A stretch of 63,263 nucleotides of DNA, the filler included, from Chiloscyllium plagiosum (taxonomy: Eukaryota), in NCBI RefSeq assembly GCF_004010195.1. It is 10 parts of 10 records of this genome, joined end to end, with 100 filler letters (N's around TTAATTAATTAA, not from the genome) between each part and the next. Parts side by side here need not be neighbours in the genome. Positions count along the whole stretch, not along the records: positions 26,558 to 27,900 come from NW_025148918.1; positions 28,001 to 35,679 come from NW_025208485.1; positions 35,780 to 43,411 come from NW_025202183.1; 7 more parts are not named here. The stretch is one strand, 5' to 3'. The translations under genes were made by a program, and so were the position numbers. Positions 27,148-38,582 of this stretch are shown piece after piece. Positions within the stretch are counted from its first letter, which is position 1; each line of letters begins with the position of its first letter. The notes beneath the pieces are model-generated. The model had not been told where the DNA came from, did not search any database, and saw only the letters and a list, made by a program, of their open reading frames with translations.

Positions 27148-27464
27148 CTACACACATTCTGATCTCCTGATGCTCTTTCTGAGGGTCACGTGGGTGAGGG
27201 CACAGGAGAAGCGAGCGTTGGACGCCCAGTCAGACCCAGAGAGGGTCAGTAGGCTGCTGACACTGTAGGTGCTGTCCGAAGTTCGCAGGTAGTTGCTAGT
27301 CTGAACCCCGTCCGAAATGACTGCACCATCCTTCTTCCACTGCACCTCCAGCTCATCGGGATAGAAGTGATTGGTAAGGCACACCAGGTTGGCAGTGCCC
27401 TTGACATTGACCTGCTCCGGGGAGGTGGGCAGCAGAGTCAGCTTGAGCTGAGAGTTCTCATGGC
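27148..27464 (-). CDS. IGKC: Ig light-chain kappa (NS4/type III) constant exon, copy 1, with 12-nt in-frame deletion
   Basis: TCTTTCAG acceptor, then SHENSQLKLTLLPTSPEQVNVKGTANLVCLTNHFYPDELEVQWKKDG...ARFSCALTHVTL-RKSIRRSECV*; lacks PSPL relative to copy 3. Confidence 0.88.
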
Positions 27465-28000
27465 CTGAAAGACAAGAGAAACAATTTTAATCCCTGACAA
27501 ACAAATGGATTTTTACTCTCAGTATATTCACTGGCAATACAATCTTATTGAACATTTGTAGTCAATACAGAATAAACCCCGACAAAAGAACAGGTATTGT
27601 TTAAATTGTTTCTTGGGATATGAGAGTCTCTGCCAGGTCCAGCATTCATTGCCCATCCCTAATTGCCCCTCAGAGGGTGATGGTGAAAGAGAAAGGATAG
27701 TTTTGGACCATTGTTTAGGGAATGAATATGGGCAGCTGGAAGGGCTATCAATGGGGGAGCATTTCAGTGACAGTGACCAGAACTCAGTGAGATTGAGAGT
27801 ACGGATGGAAATGGAGAACCATGGAGCAAGTGTAAACATTTTCATTTGGGAATGAAATATTTTACTCAGTTTGTGCGAAGATTTGTAGCTCGGGTGCTCG
27901 NNNNNNNNNNNNNNNNNNNNNNNNNNNNNNNNNNNNNNNNNNNNTTAATTAATTAANNNNNNNNNNNNNNNNNNNNNNNNNNNNNNNNNNNNNNNNNNNN

Positions 28001-28259
28001 GGAGGGTCACATGGGTGAGGGCACAGGAGATGCGAGCATTGGACTCCCAGTCAGACACAGAGGGCCAGCAGGCTACTGACACTGTAGTTGCTGGTCTGAA
28101 CACCATCCAAAATGACTACACCATCCTTCTTCCACTGCACCTCCAGCTCATCGGGATAGAAGTGATTGGCAAGGCACACCAGGGTGGCAGTGCCCTTGGC
28201 ATTGACCTGCTCTGGGGAAGGGGGCAGCAGGGGCAGCTTGAGCTGGGAGTTCTCACGGC
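28001..28259 (-). pseudogene. IGKC: Ig kappa constant exon, copy 2 (pseudo; 3' end lost in gap)
   Basis: Homologous to copies 1 and 3; acceptor reads TTTCAA instead of TTTCAG, 24-nt deletion (LRASDSTY) and a 2-nt deletion in LTLSG. Confidence 0.88.
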
Positions 28260-28467
28260 TTGAAAGACAAGAGAAACAATTTTAATCCCTGCCATTTGAA
28301 GGGAATTCAATTCACAGAACATTCACTAGTAAAATGTTTGAACATTTGTATCCAATCCTGACAAAATAATTTAACTGTTTAAGTTGCTTCTTGGGACGTG
28401 AGTGTCACTGGCAGGGCCAGCATTTATTGCCCCTGTGAGGGTGATGGTGAAAGAGAAGGGACAGTTT

Positions 28468-28595
28468 CCTGATGAAGGGCTTTTGCCCGAAACGTCGATT
28501 TTACTGCTCCTCGGATGCTGCCTGAACTGCTGTGCTCTTCCAGCACCACTAATCCAGAATCTGGTTTCCAGCATCTGCAGTCATCGTTTTTACCT
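28468..28595 (+). mobile_element. hammerhead-bearing short insertion with AGTTT target-site duplication
   Basis: CTGATGA-A-GGGC-TTTT-GCCC-GAAAC-GTC at 28469-28496; flanked by AGTTT (28463-67 and 28596-600); absent from the paralogous introns at ~27700 and ~39148. Confidence 0.8.
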
Positions 28596-29029
28596 AGTTT
28601 TAGACCATCATTTAGGGAATGAATGTAGGCAGCTGGAAGGGCTATCAATGGGGGAGCATTTCAGTGACAGAGATCAGAACACAGTGCAAAAGAGATTCTG
28701 GATGGAAATGGAGAACTATTTTACTAAACTGTGTAGTGATTTAGTTAAAGTAGACTGAAACCAGTGACATGATGGGAAATCAGTGTCAGGACAGTGGGAG
28801 GCTTCCAAGGACGAGACAGAGATCGGTCAGAATCTGTTCCCACAAAGAGTAAGGGTGGGACTCTCAAATCTAGACTCTCAGCCTGGGATGTCAAAAGGCA
28901 GTCAGAGTAGAGCAGACCAAACAGGGAAGCTGATGTTGGTTATCTGGAGTTCAAACCTGCAGAAAGCTGAGAGGAGGCTAGAAAATGCAGGAGTGAAATT
29001 GAACAGGACCTGAGGAAAGCAACAGGACC

Positions 29030-31930
29030 TGACAGGATGAAATGGAATAATCGAATTTTCAGTACAGAAGGAGGCTATTCAACCCTTCATGTCTGTGCTG
29101 GCTCTAGAAAGAGCTATCCATCTAGTCCCACTCTCCAGTCCAATTTCTGTTGTCCTCTAACTTCATCAATTTTAAAAATACATGTTGAAACCTCCGATAG
29201 ATATCCCCTCAACCATTGTGTCAGGCAGCCTGTTCCAAATCCTAACAACTCTTTTAGTAAAAACATTCCTCCTCATCTCACTCCTAGCCGTCTTGCTGAC
29301 AATCTTAAAATTGTTACCCATAGTTACAGACATACCAACTCATGGAAACAGAATATCCTCCTTAACCCTGTCAAAAATTGTTCAAAAGAGTGAACAACTC
29401 TAAAAGATCACCTCTTAATCTTCTCTGCTCTGAGGGGAATAAGCCCAATCTCTCTCAGCTTTCCTTGTATTTAAAATCCTTCATTCCTGGTATAATTTCA
29501 GTAAAACTCCTTTGAACTCTCTCCAGGGTTTTAATATTATTCTTTAAATAAGATGCTCAGAACTGAACACAATCCTCCAAATCTGGCCTGATCAGTGATC
29601 TGTAGAGGTATAGCATCACTTCCTTGCTTTTGTACTCTGTGCTGTACTTTAAAACCCAAGGATCCTGTAAGCTTATAACTAAAAATGCAATAAGGGGTTA
29701 GAAGATGAAATATGAGGATCTCTTTAAGAGGTTTCTGACATGACCTGCACTTGACAAAACCATGTTGAATATCTGAAATCAACTTGTTGCTTGCTAGATG
29801 ATTATAAATCCTAACTCTTATAATGCTTTCCAAAACTTTTCCTACAACAGGTGTAAGGCTCTCTGGTCTGTAATTACCGAGGTCATCTCTGCTGCCCTTC
29901 TTGAACAAGGGCACGACATTTGTCATCCTCCAGTCCTCTGGTACTAAACCTGTAGACAATGATGATTCAAAGATCAAGGCCAAAGGCTCCGCCATCTCCT
30001 CCTTAGCTTGCCAGAGAATCCTCGGATAAATCCCACCTGGCCCAGGGGACTTGTTTACTTTCACTCCATCTAGAATAGGTAACACCTCTTCCCTACTCAC
30101 CTTAATAATTTCTAATCTAATATTTGGCATCACTTTCTTCTCCTCTACAATATTCTCCTTTCCCTGAGTGATAACCAATGAGAAATATTCAGTTAACACC
30201 TCTCTGACCTCCACAGGATCCATACACAACTTCCCACTTCTGTCTTTGACTGGCCCTATTCCTACCCTAGTTATCTTTTTATTCCTCACATACCTATTAA
30301 AAGCTTTAGGATTCTCCTTTATTCTACCTACTGAAGACTGCTCATGTCTTCTCTTTGCTCTTCTTAACTCTCTCTTTAAATCCTTCCTAGCTAATCTGCT
30401 AATCACCATCACCTCACCCGAACCATCTTGTCTCATTGTCACAGAAGCCTCTTTTTTCTGCTTAACAAGAGCTGCAATTTCTATAGTAAACCACAGTTCC
30501 TTTACCTTATCACTTCCTCCCTGCCTGACAGGGACATACCTATCAAGGACATGCAATATCTTCCTGAAGCCAGCTCCACACTTTGATTGGCCCCATCCCC
30601 TGCATTTTGCTCCCCCATTCTATGTATCCTAAATCTTGCCTAATCACTTTATAATTGCCCTTGCCCTATCAATAACTCTTGCCCTATGGCATGTATCTAT
30701 CCCTTTCCATCGCTAAACTAAGTGTAACTGAATTATGGTCACTCTCTCCAAAGTGCTCACCATCAACTAAATCAAACACCTGACCTGGTTCATTGCCAGG
30801 CACCCGTCCAGTGCGGCCTCTCCTCTTGTCAGTCCTTCAACATACTGTGTCAGGAAACCCTCCTGCACACATTGGACAAAAACTGATTCATCTGACGTAC
30901 TAGAGTTCTGGCATTTTCAGTCAATGTTGGGGAAGTTAAAGTACCCTATAATGACCTTCCCGCCCTGTTCCTTTCACTCCTAGCCAGAATCATATTGTCA
31001 ATCCTCTCCTCCACCTCCCTGGAACTCTGCGGAGGGCAATAAAAAACTCTCAGCAGTGTGACCTCTTCTGTGCCTGTTTCTAACCTCAGCCCATACTACC
31101 TCAGTAGACGAGTCCTCATCAAAAGTTCTTTCAGCCACCGTTATACTGTCCTTGACTAACAAAGCCACACCTCCCCCTCTTTTACCATTTGCCTGTTCTG
31201 AATGAAAGATCTAAAGCCTGGAACTTGCAATATTCCTGACCCTGTTCTATCCATGTCTCCGAAATGGCCACAACATCGAAATCCCAGGTACCTATCCATG
31301 CTGCAAGCTCACCTAACCTATTTTGGATACATCTGGTGTTGAAATAGACACACTTCAAACCAGCTTGCTCTCTGCCAGCACATTCCTGTGACCGTGAAAT
31401 CCTGTCCATGCCCTCCCTACTCTCATCCTCCTGTGCTGTGGAACAACACCTCAGGTTCCCATCCCTCTGCTGTGCTAGTTTCAACCCACCCAAATAGCAC
31501 CAGCAAATTTCCCAGCCAGGATATTCGTACCCTTCTGTTTCAAGTGACAACCGTCCTGCTTGTAGAGGTCCCATCTTCCTCAGAATGAGCCCCAATTGTC
31601 CAAGTACCTGAAACCCTCCCTCCTGCACCATCCCTGCAGACATGTGTTCAACTGATATCTCTCCCTATTCCTTGCCTCACTATCACGTGGCCCGGGCAAC
31701 AAACCAGAGAAAACAACTGTGTTTGGTTTAACTCTCAGCTTCCACCCAAGCTCCCTGAAATCCTGCCTTACATTCCTGTCCCTCTTTCTACCTATGTTGT
31801 TGGTACCTACAGAAGCATGACGTGGGGCTGGGCACCCTCTCCCTTCAGGACCCCAAAGATCCCAAAGACACGATCCAAGATATCACGGTCCCTGGCACTT
31901 GGGAGGCAAAACACTAACCGTGAGTCTCGT
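29030..31930 (-). mobile_element. CR1/HER1 LINE ORF2 (endonuclease and RT N-terminus) in the kappa J-C intron
   Basis: ORF 31182-31643 LKCVYFNTRCI...DVVAISETW (APE); ORF 29537-30556 KSPGPGGIYPRIL...VPEDWRMTNVVPLFKKG...NYRPESLT...QHGFVK. Confidence 0.92.
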
Positions 31931-31934
31931 TCTC

Positions 31935-33040
31935 AGTGAAGATCTGTGAATAGCTGTGTGCCACAAGAATTGGTGCTTTGTCCATTGCTTTTCATCATTT
32001 AAGATGATTTGGATGTGAACATAGGAGTAATGTTAAGTTTGTAAATGACACCAAAACTGGTGGGACAGTGGATAGTGACGAAGATGATCTCAGGGTACAG
32101 CGGGACTTTGATCACATGGGGCAATGGGCACAGGAGTGGCATATGGAGTTCCATTTAGATAAATGTGAGATGTTGCATTTTGGAAAGGCAAACCAGGGCA
32201 GGAGTTATACAGTTAATGGTAGGGCCCTGTGGGGTGTTGTTGAAAAAAAAAGAGACCTCGAGGTGCAGGTGGACGGGCAGGGGCAGGGGCAGGTGCAGGT
32301 GCAGGGGCAGGTGCAGGGGCAGGGGCAGGGGCAGGTGCAGGGGCAGGGGCAGGTGCATTATTCCCTGACAGTGGAGTCTCAGGGAGACAGGGTGATGAAG
32401 AAGATGTTGGGTACGCTTGCCTTTATTGGTCATTGCACTAAATATCAGAGTTGGGGTATCATGTTGCAGTTGTACAGAAGATTGGTGAGGCCACTTTGGG
32501 AATAATGTGAACAATTCCTCATCCTGCGAAAGGAAGGATGTTGTTAAACATAAAAACCTGAGGAAAAGATTTTTAAGGACGTGAGCAGGAACTGGAGGGT
32601 TTGAGCTCTCGGGAGAGGCTGAATAGACTGGGGCTATTTTCCCTGTAGCATCTAAGGCCGAGGTGTGAACTTACAGATGTTTATAAAATAATGAGGGGCA
32701 TGGACAGGTTGTATATCCAAGATATTTTCCTTGGAAAGGAGAGTCCAAAACAAGAGGGCATCGGTTTAAGGTGAGAGGCAAAAGATTCAAACGGGACCTG
32801 AGGGGTAACTTGTCACGCAGAGGGTGGTATGTGTATGGATCGAGCTGCCAGAGAAAGTGTTGGAGGCAGATACAGTTACAGCATTTCAAACACATTGGGA
32901 TGGGTACATGAATAGGAAGGGTTTAGAGGGATGTAAGCCAAATGCTGTCAAATGAGAAGAGGTCAGTTTAGGATATCTGGTTAGCATGGACAAGTTGAAC
33001 CGAAAGGTCTGTTTCCACGCTGTATGACTCCATGACTATG
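31935..33040 (+). mobile_element. CR1/HER1 LINE RT/3' fragment containing a G-rich hexamer expansion
   Basis: ORF 32068-32505 QRDFDHMGQWAQEWHMEFHLDKCEMLHFGK...LYRRLVRP; conserved 3' UTR at ~32960-33040. Confidence 0.85.
32263..32357 (+). repeat. (GGGCAG/GTGCAG)n hexamer array
   Basis: ~15 tandem CAGGGG/CAGGTG units read directly from the sequence. Confidence 0.9.
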
Positions 33041-34088
33041 AGAGGCTGGAAAAGCTGAGACTTCTTACCCTGAAGCAGAAGGTTCTGAGGAGTGATCTTA
33101 CAGAGGTTTAGAAAATAATGAGGTACATAGATAATGTGAAGAATTCTGGAAGGAGGCGAATGTTTTGTAGCGATGGCAAAATTTATTACCAAAGATCATT
33201 CCAGGGATGAGGAAACTCAGTTATGAAGTTTGTTTGGAGGATTTGGGATTGTCCTATTTGGAGAAGATTGAGAGGAGATTTGTTCGAAGAATTCAAAATC
33301 AGGAAGGGACTGGACAGAGTAAATAGGGAGAAAATGTTCCCAATTGAGAAAGGATTCAGACCGAGAGACCACAGATTGAAAGTAATTGGGAAAAGTGAGA
33401 TGGGGAACAACATTTTCAGCCAGTGAGTGGTTAAGGTGTGGAATGCACTGCCTGAGTGTGGAGTGGAGGCAGCTGCAATTGAAACATTCTGAAGGGAATG
33501 ACACTGTTATTTGAAAAGGAACAATGTGCAAGGTGACAGGGAGAAGGCAGGAGAATGACACTCAGTGAAGTGCTCATTGAGAGAGCCTGTCCAGACAGGA
33601 TGGGCGGAATGGTCTCCTTGTGCATTGTAACAATTCTGTGATTGTGTGATTGAGCAGAGTTAAAGCTGGGGGAGGTGGGAGCTCGGTGTCTCACTGTGCT
33701 GCTGCTGCTGCTGCTGAGGTCAGTGAGATCAGAGACTGGGACAGGGAGCCAGAGCTCACATCAAACTCTGCCCGTGTCCGTCACACTTGGACTGGCAGGA
33801 GGCTACTCACTGATTTCACTCCATGCTGCAGGAATGGGACCATAGGCTGCAAATGGACAGAGCTCCTCCACACAGTGAGTAAAAACTGACTGACTTATAT
33901 CTTGAAGCTTAAAGGGGCAATGAAACTAAAGAAATACAGCTGGACACCCTGTTAGACACAGTGCTCCTCAATCAACCATTTCATTCACTGCAGGTCCCCA
34001 CTAACACCTTCAACAATTCAGTATGTGTAGTTTAGAAAGTGTATTTCAGTATTGACAGGTTAATAACGGACGATTGAGGTTTACTTAC

Positions 34089-34634
34089 TCAGTCTGAGCT
34101 TGGTTCCTTTACCGAATGTAAGGGTTGCTGCAATTCTGCATACAGTAATAGTCAGTGACATCCTCATTCTGAACGTTGCTTATTGTCAGGGTGAAACTGG
34201 TCCCTGATCCACTGCCAGTGAATCGCTCGGAGACACCTGTGAATCGAATTGCTGCATTGTAGATCAGGAGAGAGGGTTTCTGACCTTCTCGCTGCTGGTA
34301 CCAAGCAAGGTAGCTGCTAATGCTTTGACTGGCCGTACAGGTGATGGTTGCGGTCTGGCCCAGTCCCACTGACAACACCCAGGATAAACTGGGTCATGAT
34401 GATGTCCCCACTGATACCTGAGGGGTCAGAGAGAAACACAGTGAAGTTCGAACTGTCACAGAAAGACCCTGTCAAATGAGAGATTGTTGGAGACACTGAG
34501 CATTTCCCTTCAATCACAAGTCAGTGGAATTGGAGTGAAACGGAGAGCAGCTAAAGATTCAAGGTGGAAGGAGAGAGATTTGTACCTGCGACACAGAATG
34601 CCAGGGGCCAGATCAGCTGGATGTGTGAAATCAT
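34089..34634 (-). pseudogene. IGKV: pre-joined Ig kappa L-VJ, out of frame
   Basis: Leader 34634-34586 MISHIQLIWPLAFCVA+G|GT. V exon from 34417 (GDIIMTQ...[30 protein letters not shown]...EDVTDYYC) fused without RSS to J TTCGGTAAAGGAACCAAGCTCAGACTGA|GTAAGT (FGKGTKLRL). +1 frameshift in FR1 and an out-of-frame V-J junction. Confidence 0.92.
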
Positions 34635-34693
34635 GGTGTGTGTTCCTGTCCCTGTGCCTGGTTCCTGATAATCTCTCCCTTCACTGGGCTCTG

Positions 34694-34748
34694 CTTTATA
34701 AAGCTGCAGCCTGTGAGAGTCTGACTGGGTGTTCCTCAGTTTGTAAAT
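34694..34748 (-). promoter_or_regulatory. kappa V promoter: TATA box and degenerate octamer
   Basis: TTTATAAA ~65 bp upstream of the ATG; ATTTACAA (ATTTGCAT with 2 mismatches) at 34741-34748. Confidence 0.5.
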
Positions 34749-36130
34749 GGTATCAGGCAGAGAGAGCCACGTCAGCCCCTCACACTTCATCTTCTCTCTC
34801 TCTCCCCCTCATTGTCTCTCTGTCTGTCTCAGAGAGTCATTGATGTGAACAGCACTGAATGAGGCCATTTGGCCCATTGTGTCTGTACTGGTAAACAAAG
34901 ATCTGATGACACTAATCCATCCTCCAGCTCTTGTCCCATTACACTGGAGGCTACAGCAACACAAGGGAATATCTAAACACTGCTCCAATGTCACGAGCGT
35001 TTCTGACTCAACCAGCCTTTCAGGCAGTGAGTTCCAGACTCCCACCACCCTCTGGGATAAAAAATTTCTCCTCAACTCTCCTCTAACTCTCTAATTCAAC
35101 TGGGCCTGGACTCACTCGAGTTCAGAAGGATGAGAGAGGATCTGATTGAAATGTATAAAATTCTAACAGAGTTGGGCAGGGAGGAGGTTTCCCCTGCTTG
35201 GGGAGTCTGGAACCAAGGGACCCAGTCTCAGGGGGTTCCGGGTTGACCATTTAGGGCTGAGACGAGGAAACATTTCTTCACTCAAAGAGTAGGACAGCTG
35301 TGGAACCCAAGGAACTGAATAAATTCAAGAAAAAGAGAGAGATAATTGTTTTGCATGTGAACAGCATGAAGGGAATGGGGAGAAAGCAGGAATATGGGTT
35401 TGAGATGGAGGGTCAGCCATGATCATACTGAATGATAGAGCAGACTCAAAGGGCCGAATGGCCTGCTCCAGCTCCGAGTTTCTATGTGTCCATGTCTGTG
35501 TTACCTTCAATCTCTGTCCCTGGTTATTAAGTCCTCTACTGACGTATAAAGTGCCTTCCTTCCCACCCTTTTACTGCCCTGAAAAATCCTATAGCCCTCT
35601 ATCATGTCCCCTCTCAGCCTTCACTGCTCCAAGGAAACAATCCCAACTTTTCCAAGCTTTCCTCACAGCTGACCCTTCANNNNNNNNNNNNNNNNNNNNN
35701 NNNNNNNNNNNNNNNNNNNNNNNTTAATTAATTAANNNNNNNNNNNNNNNNNNNNNNNNNNNNNNNNNNNNNNNNNNNNATTAGGGAGCACAGTGTGCAC
35801 TGCCTCTGAAATGCCTCCCTTACTGAGAATACACTCTCAGCATTCACCTTTCTCAGTTACCATCTCAATTTATTATCAATTCTGTGTCATATGATCCTGC
35901 CCCAGTAACTACCTGATGAAGAAGGAGGGCTTTGAAAGCTTGTACTTCCAAATAAACCTGTTTGAATCTAACCTGGTGTTGTGTAATTTTTAACTATGGC
36001 CATCTCAATGAGGTGCCATCTCAGACTGAATCAGCTGAATTGTTGTTCGTTCATGATTTGAGAAGCTTAAAGCCTAATCTTCAATCCCCAGCACAAAGCC
36101 CATTCTCTCTGCATCGTTATGAGACAAATA

Positions 36131-36650
36131 CCTCAGAGAGACACTGACAGGCTGCACTAAGTAACATACACAGGTAGCACTGAGTCACTGAGTAACATGC
36201 TCACACTCCATGCTGCCTGTAGGTGTCTCAGTGTGAGCATGTCACTCAGTGCTGCCTGTACGTGTCTCTCTGAATGTGGGTGTGTTACTCAGTACTGCCT
36301 GTAGGTATCTCTCTGAATGTGGGTGTGTTACTCAGTGCTGCCTGTAGGTATCTCTCTGAATGTGGGTGTGTTACTCAGTGCTGTCTGAAGGTGTCTCTCT
36401 GAATGTGGGTGTGTTACTCAGTACTGCCTGTAGGTATCTCTCTGCATGTGAGCATTTTACTCAGTGCTGTCTGAAGGTGTCTCTCCAAGTATGGGAGTGT
36501 TACTTAGTGCTACCTGCAAATGTCTCTCCGAATGTGAGTGTGTTTGTCAGTGCTGCCTGCATGTGTCTCTCTGAATAACACACACACTCAAACTCAAACT
36601 CAAACCTCAGAGAGACACCAGCAGACAGCATTAAGTAATACACTCACACT
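36131..36650. repeat. 43-bp minisatellite (~8-9 units) bracketed by inverted units
   Basis: Unit ttactcagtgctgcctgtaggtatctctctgaatgtgggtgtg (period 43: 36285, 36328...); reverse-complement units at 36131-36207 and 36605-36650. Confidence 0.88.
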
Positions 36651-37408
36651 TAGGCAGACACACAGCCTACAGTGTCTGTGAAAGACCGAACATCATTTTC
36701 AGGTGCTACCCAGCATGCAGCAGAGAGTGCACAGTGCAATCCCACCAGCTGGGTTTGGACCACAGAGTGACGAGGGAATGCCTCAGATTGTAATTATTGA
36801 GTCGCAACAGCTTTCAGTTTCTGTTCTGTTTGGAATCATTTAACCTCCACAGATTCCAGATCAAAGGGATCATTTGAAAGTGATTGGTGAAAGTATCATC
36901 TACAACTGATGTGTTATTGATTGACAGGCCAATAGCTCATTGTGACAATGACTTGCTGAAATGCAGCCAATCAGCTAAGGACAGTTGTCCATTTCCAAAG
37001 TACACAGACAGCATTGCCCTTTGATGTGAAGGGCACTGCTTGTCACTGGCCACCCGGGTGTTTCCTTTCTTCCTGGTGGTGGAAACTGAATATAGATTCA
37101 TGCACCTTGTGTTTTCACTGTGTCTCACACCTGCACACACACACACACAACATGGGGGCTGGGGAAAAAATAAGCACTACCGCAGTTAGGTGATAGTGTG
37201 GGGGAAAAACAATAAAATAAACAGGAATGTCAGAGGTTCTGTTCACTCTGAGAGCTAGCTCTGAGGAAGCTGGAAACCAAAAAAAAATCCGAAGTACACA
37301 GACAGCATTGCCCTCTGATGTGAAGGGCACTGCTTGTCACTGGCCACTTGGGTGTTTCCTTTCTTCCTGGTGGTGGAAACTGAATAAAGATTCATGTACC
37401 TTGTGTCT

Positions 37409-37944
37409 GTTGTGGTTCTGTTCACCGAGCTGGAAGTTTTTGTTGCAAACGTTTCGTCCCCTGGCTCGGCGACATCATCAGTGCTTGGGAGCCTCCTGCG
37501 AAGTGCTTCTTTGATGTTTCCTCCGATGTTTATAGTGGTCTGTCCCTGCCGCTTCCAGCTATCCTTAGTAGCCACACACGCAGACAACAAGCAACATGAA
37601 TTTGATTGGGACAACACTACTATCATAGGGCAAGCCAGACAGAGAACAGCCAGGGAATTCCAAGAGGCATGGCATTCATCCACAAACACCATCAACAAAC
37701 ACATCGACCTGGACCCAATATACCAACCACTACAGCGGACAGCTGAAACTGAGAACCGGAAGTGGCAGGGATAGACCACTATAAACACCGGAGGAAACAT
37801 CAAAGAAGCGCTTCGCAGGAGGCTCCCAAGCACTGATGATGTCGCCTAGCCAGGGGACAAAACGTTTGCAACAAAAACTTCCAGCTCGGCGAACAGAACC
37901 ACAACAACGAGCACCCGAGCTACAAATCTTCACACAAACTTTGA
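37409..37944 (+). mobile_element. truncated Penelope-like insertion with inverted 5' arm and 11-bp TSD
   Basis: ACCTTGTGTCT at 37398-37408 and 37945-37955; 37409-37557 is the reverse complement of ~37756-37906; centre encodes the GIY-YIG C-terminus HEFDWDNTTIIGQA...REFQEAWHS. Confidence 0.88.
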
Positions 37945-38582
37945 ACCTTGTGTCTCTCACTGTGTCTCACACCTGTAAACACACAACATGGGGGCTGGGG
38001 AAAAAATACGTCCAAAGCACACAGAGACAGAGACCCAATATTCTTTATCTTTATTCCCTTTTCCAGATTGACATTGATAGAAAACAGACTGCAATTAACA
38101 GCCCAGAGAGAGGAAGCTGCACAAATTCGCAGCCACAATGGAGCTTGAGGAAAACACTTGAGGAGATTTTCTCAATAATGTGAGAATCCTGTCCCTTTAA
38201 ATAGTGACAAGACCTTAAATTGGGACTGATGGCTGAGCAGGAAGGAGATCTGGTTTACTGAAGCAGAGACTTCTGAGGTTCACATTGTTTTTGTACAGCT
38301 GACAGTCTTCAGTATCTTCGAGAGGTTTGACTTGGCATCACAAGTCAACCCTGTCCCTATCACACGCTCCGAGAACAGGGACAGCATACGGTTTGACACA
38401 GCATAAAGGTCTCTCTATACTATCGCAACAACCTGTCTTCACTACAGAACCTCATAATTTGCCCCGAGCAGTCCTGAGATGGAAGAGACTGGAAATTCAG
38501 TGCTGACAATGATCATTGTCCTGCCAGCTCAGCCCAGTTCTATCTTAAAGTTGTGTCTCCTCTGTGGACTGCCTCAAACACT

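Noticed and set aside
32068-32514. Novel Gln/Gly- or Leu/Pro/His-repeat protein
   Set aside because: Translation of a hexamer microsatellite inside a LINE fragment.
33871-33890. RSS in the kappa J-C intron (CACAGTG AGTAAAAACT)
   Set aside because: The nonamer-like sequence abuts the heptamer with no 12/23 spacer and no coding segment.
36200-36580. CRISPR array
   Set aside because: Head-to-tail 43-bp units with no unique spacers, in a vertebrate genome: a minisatellite.
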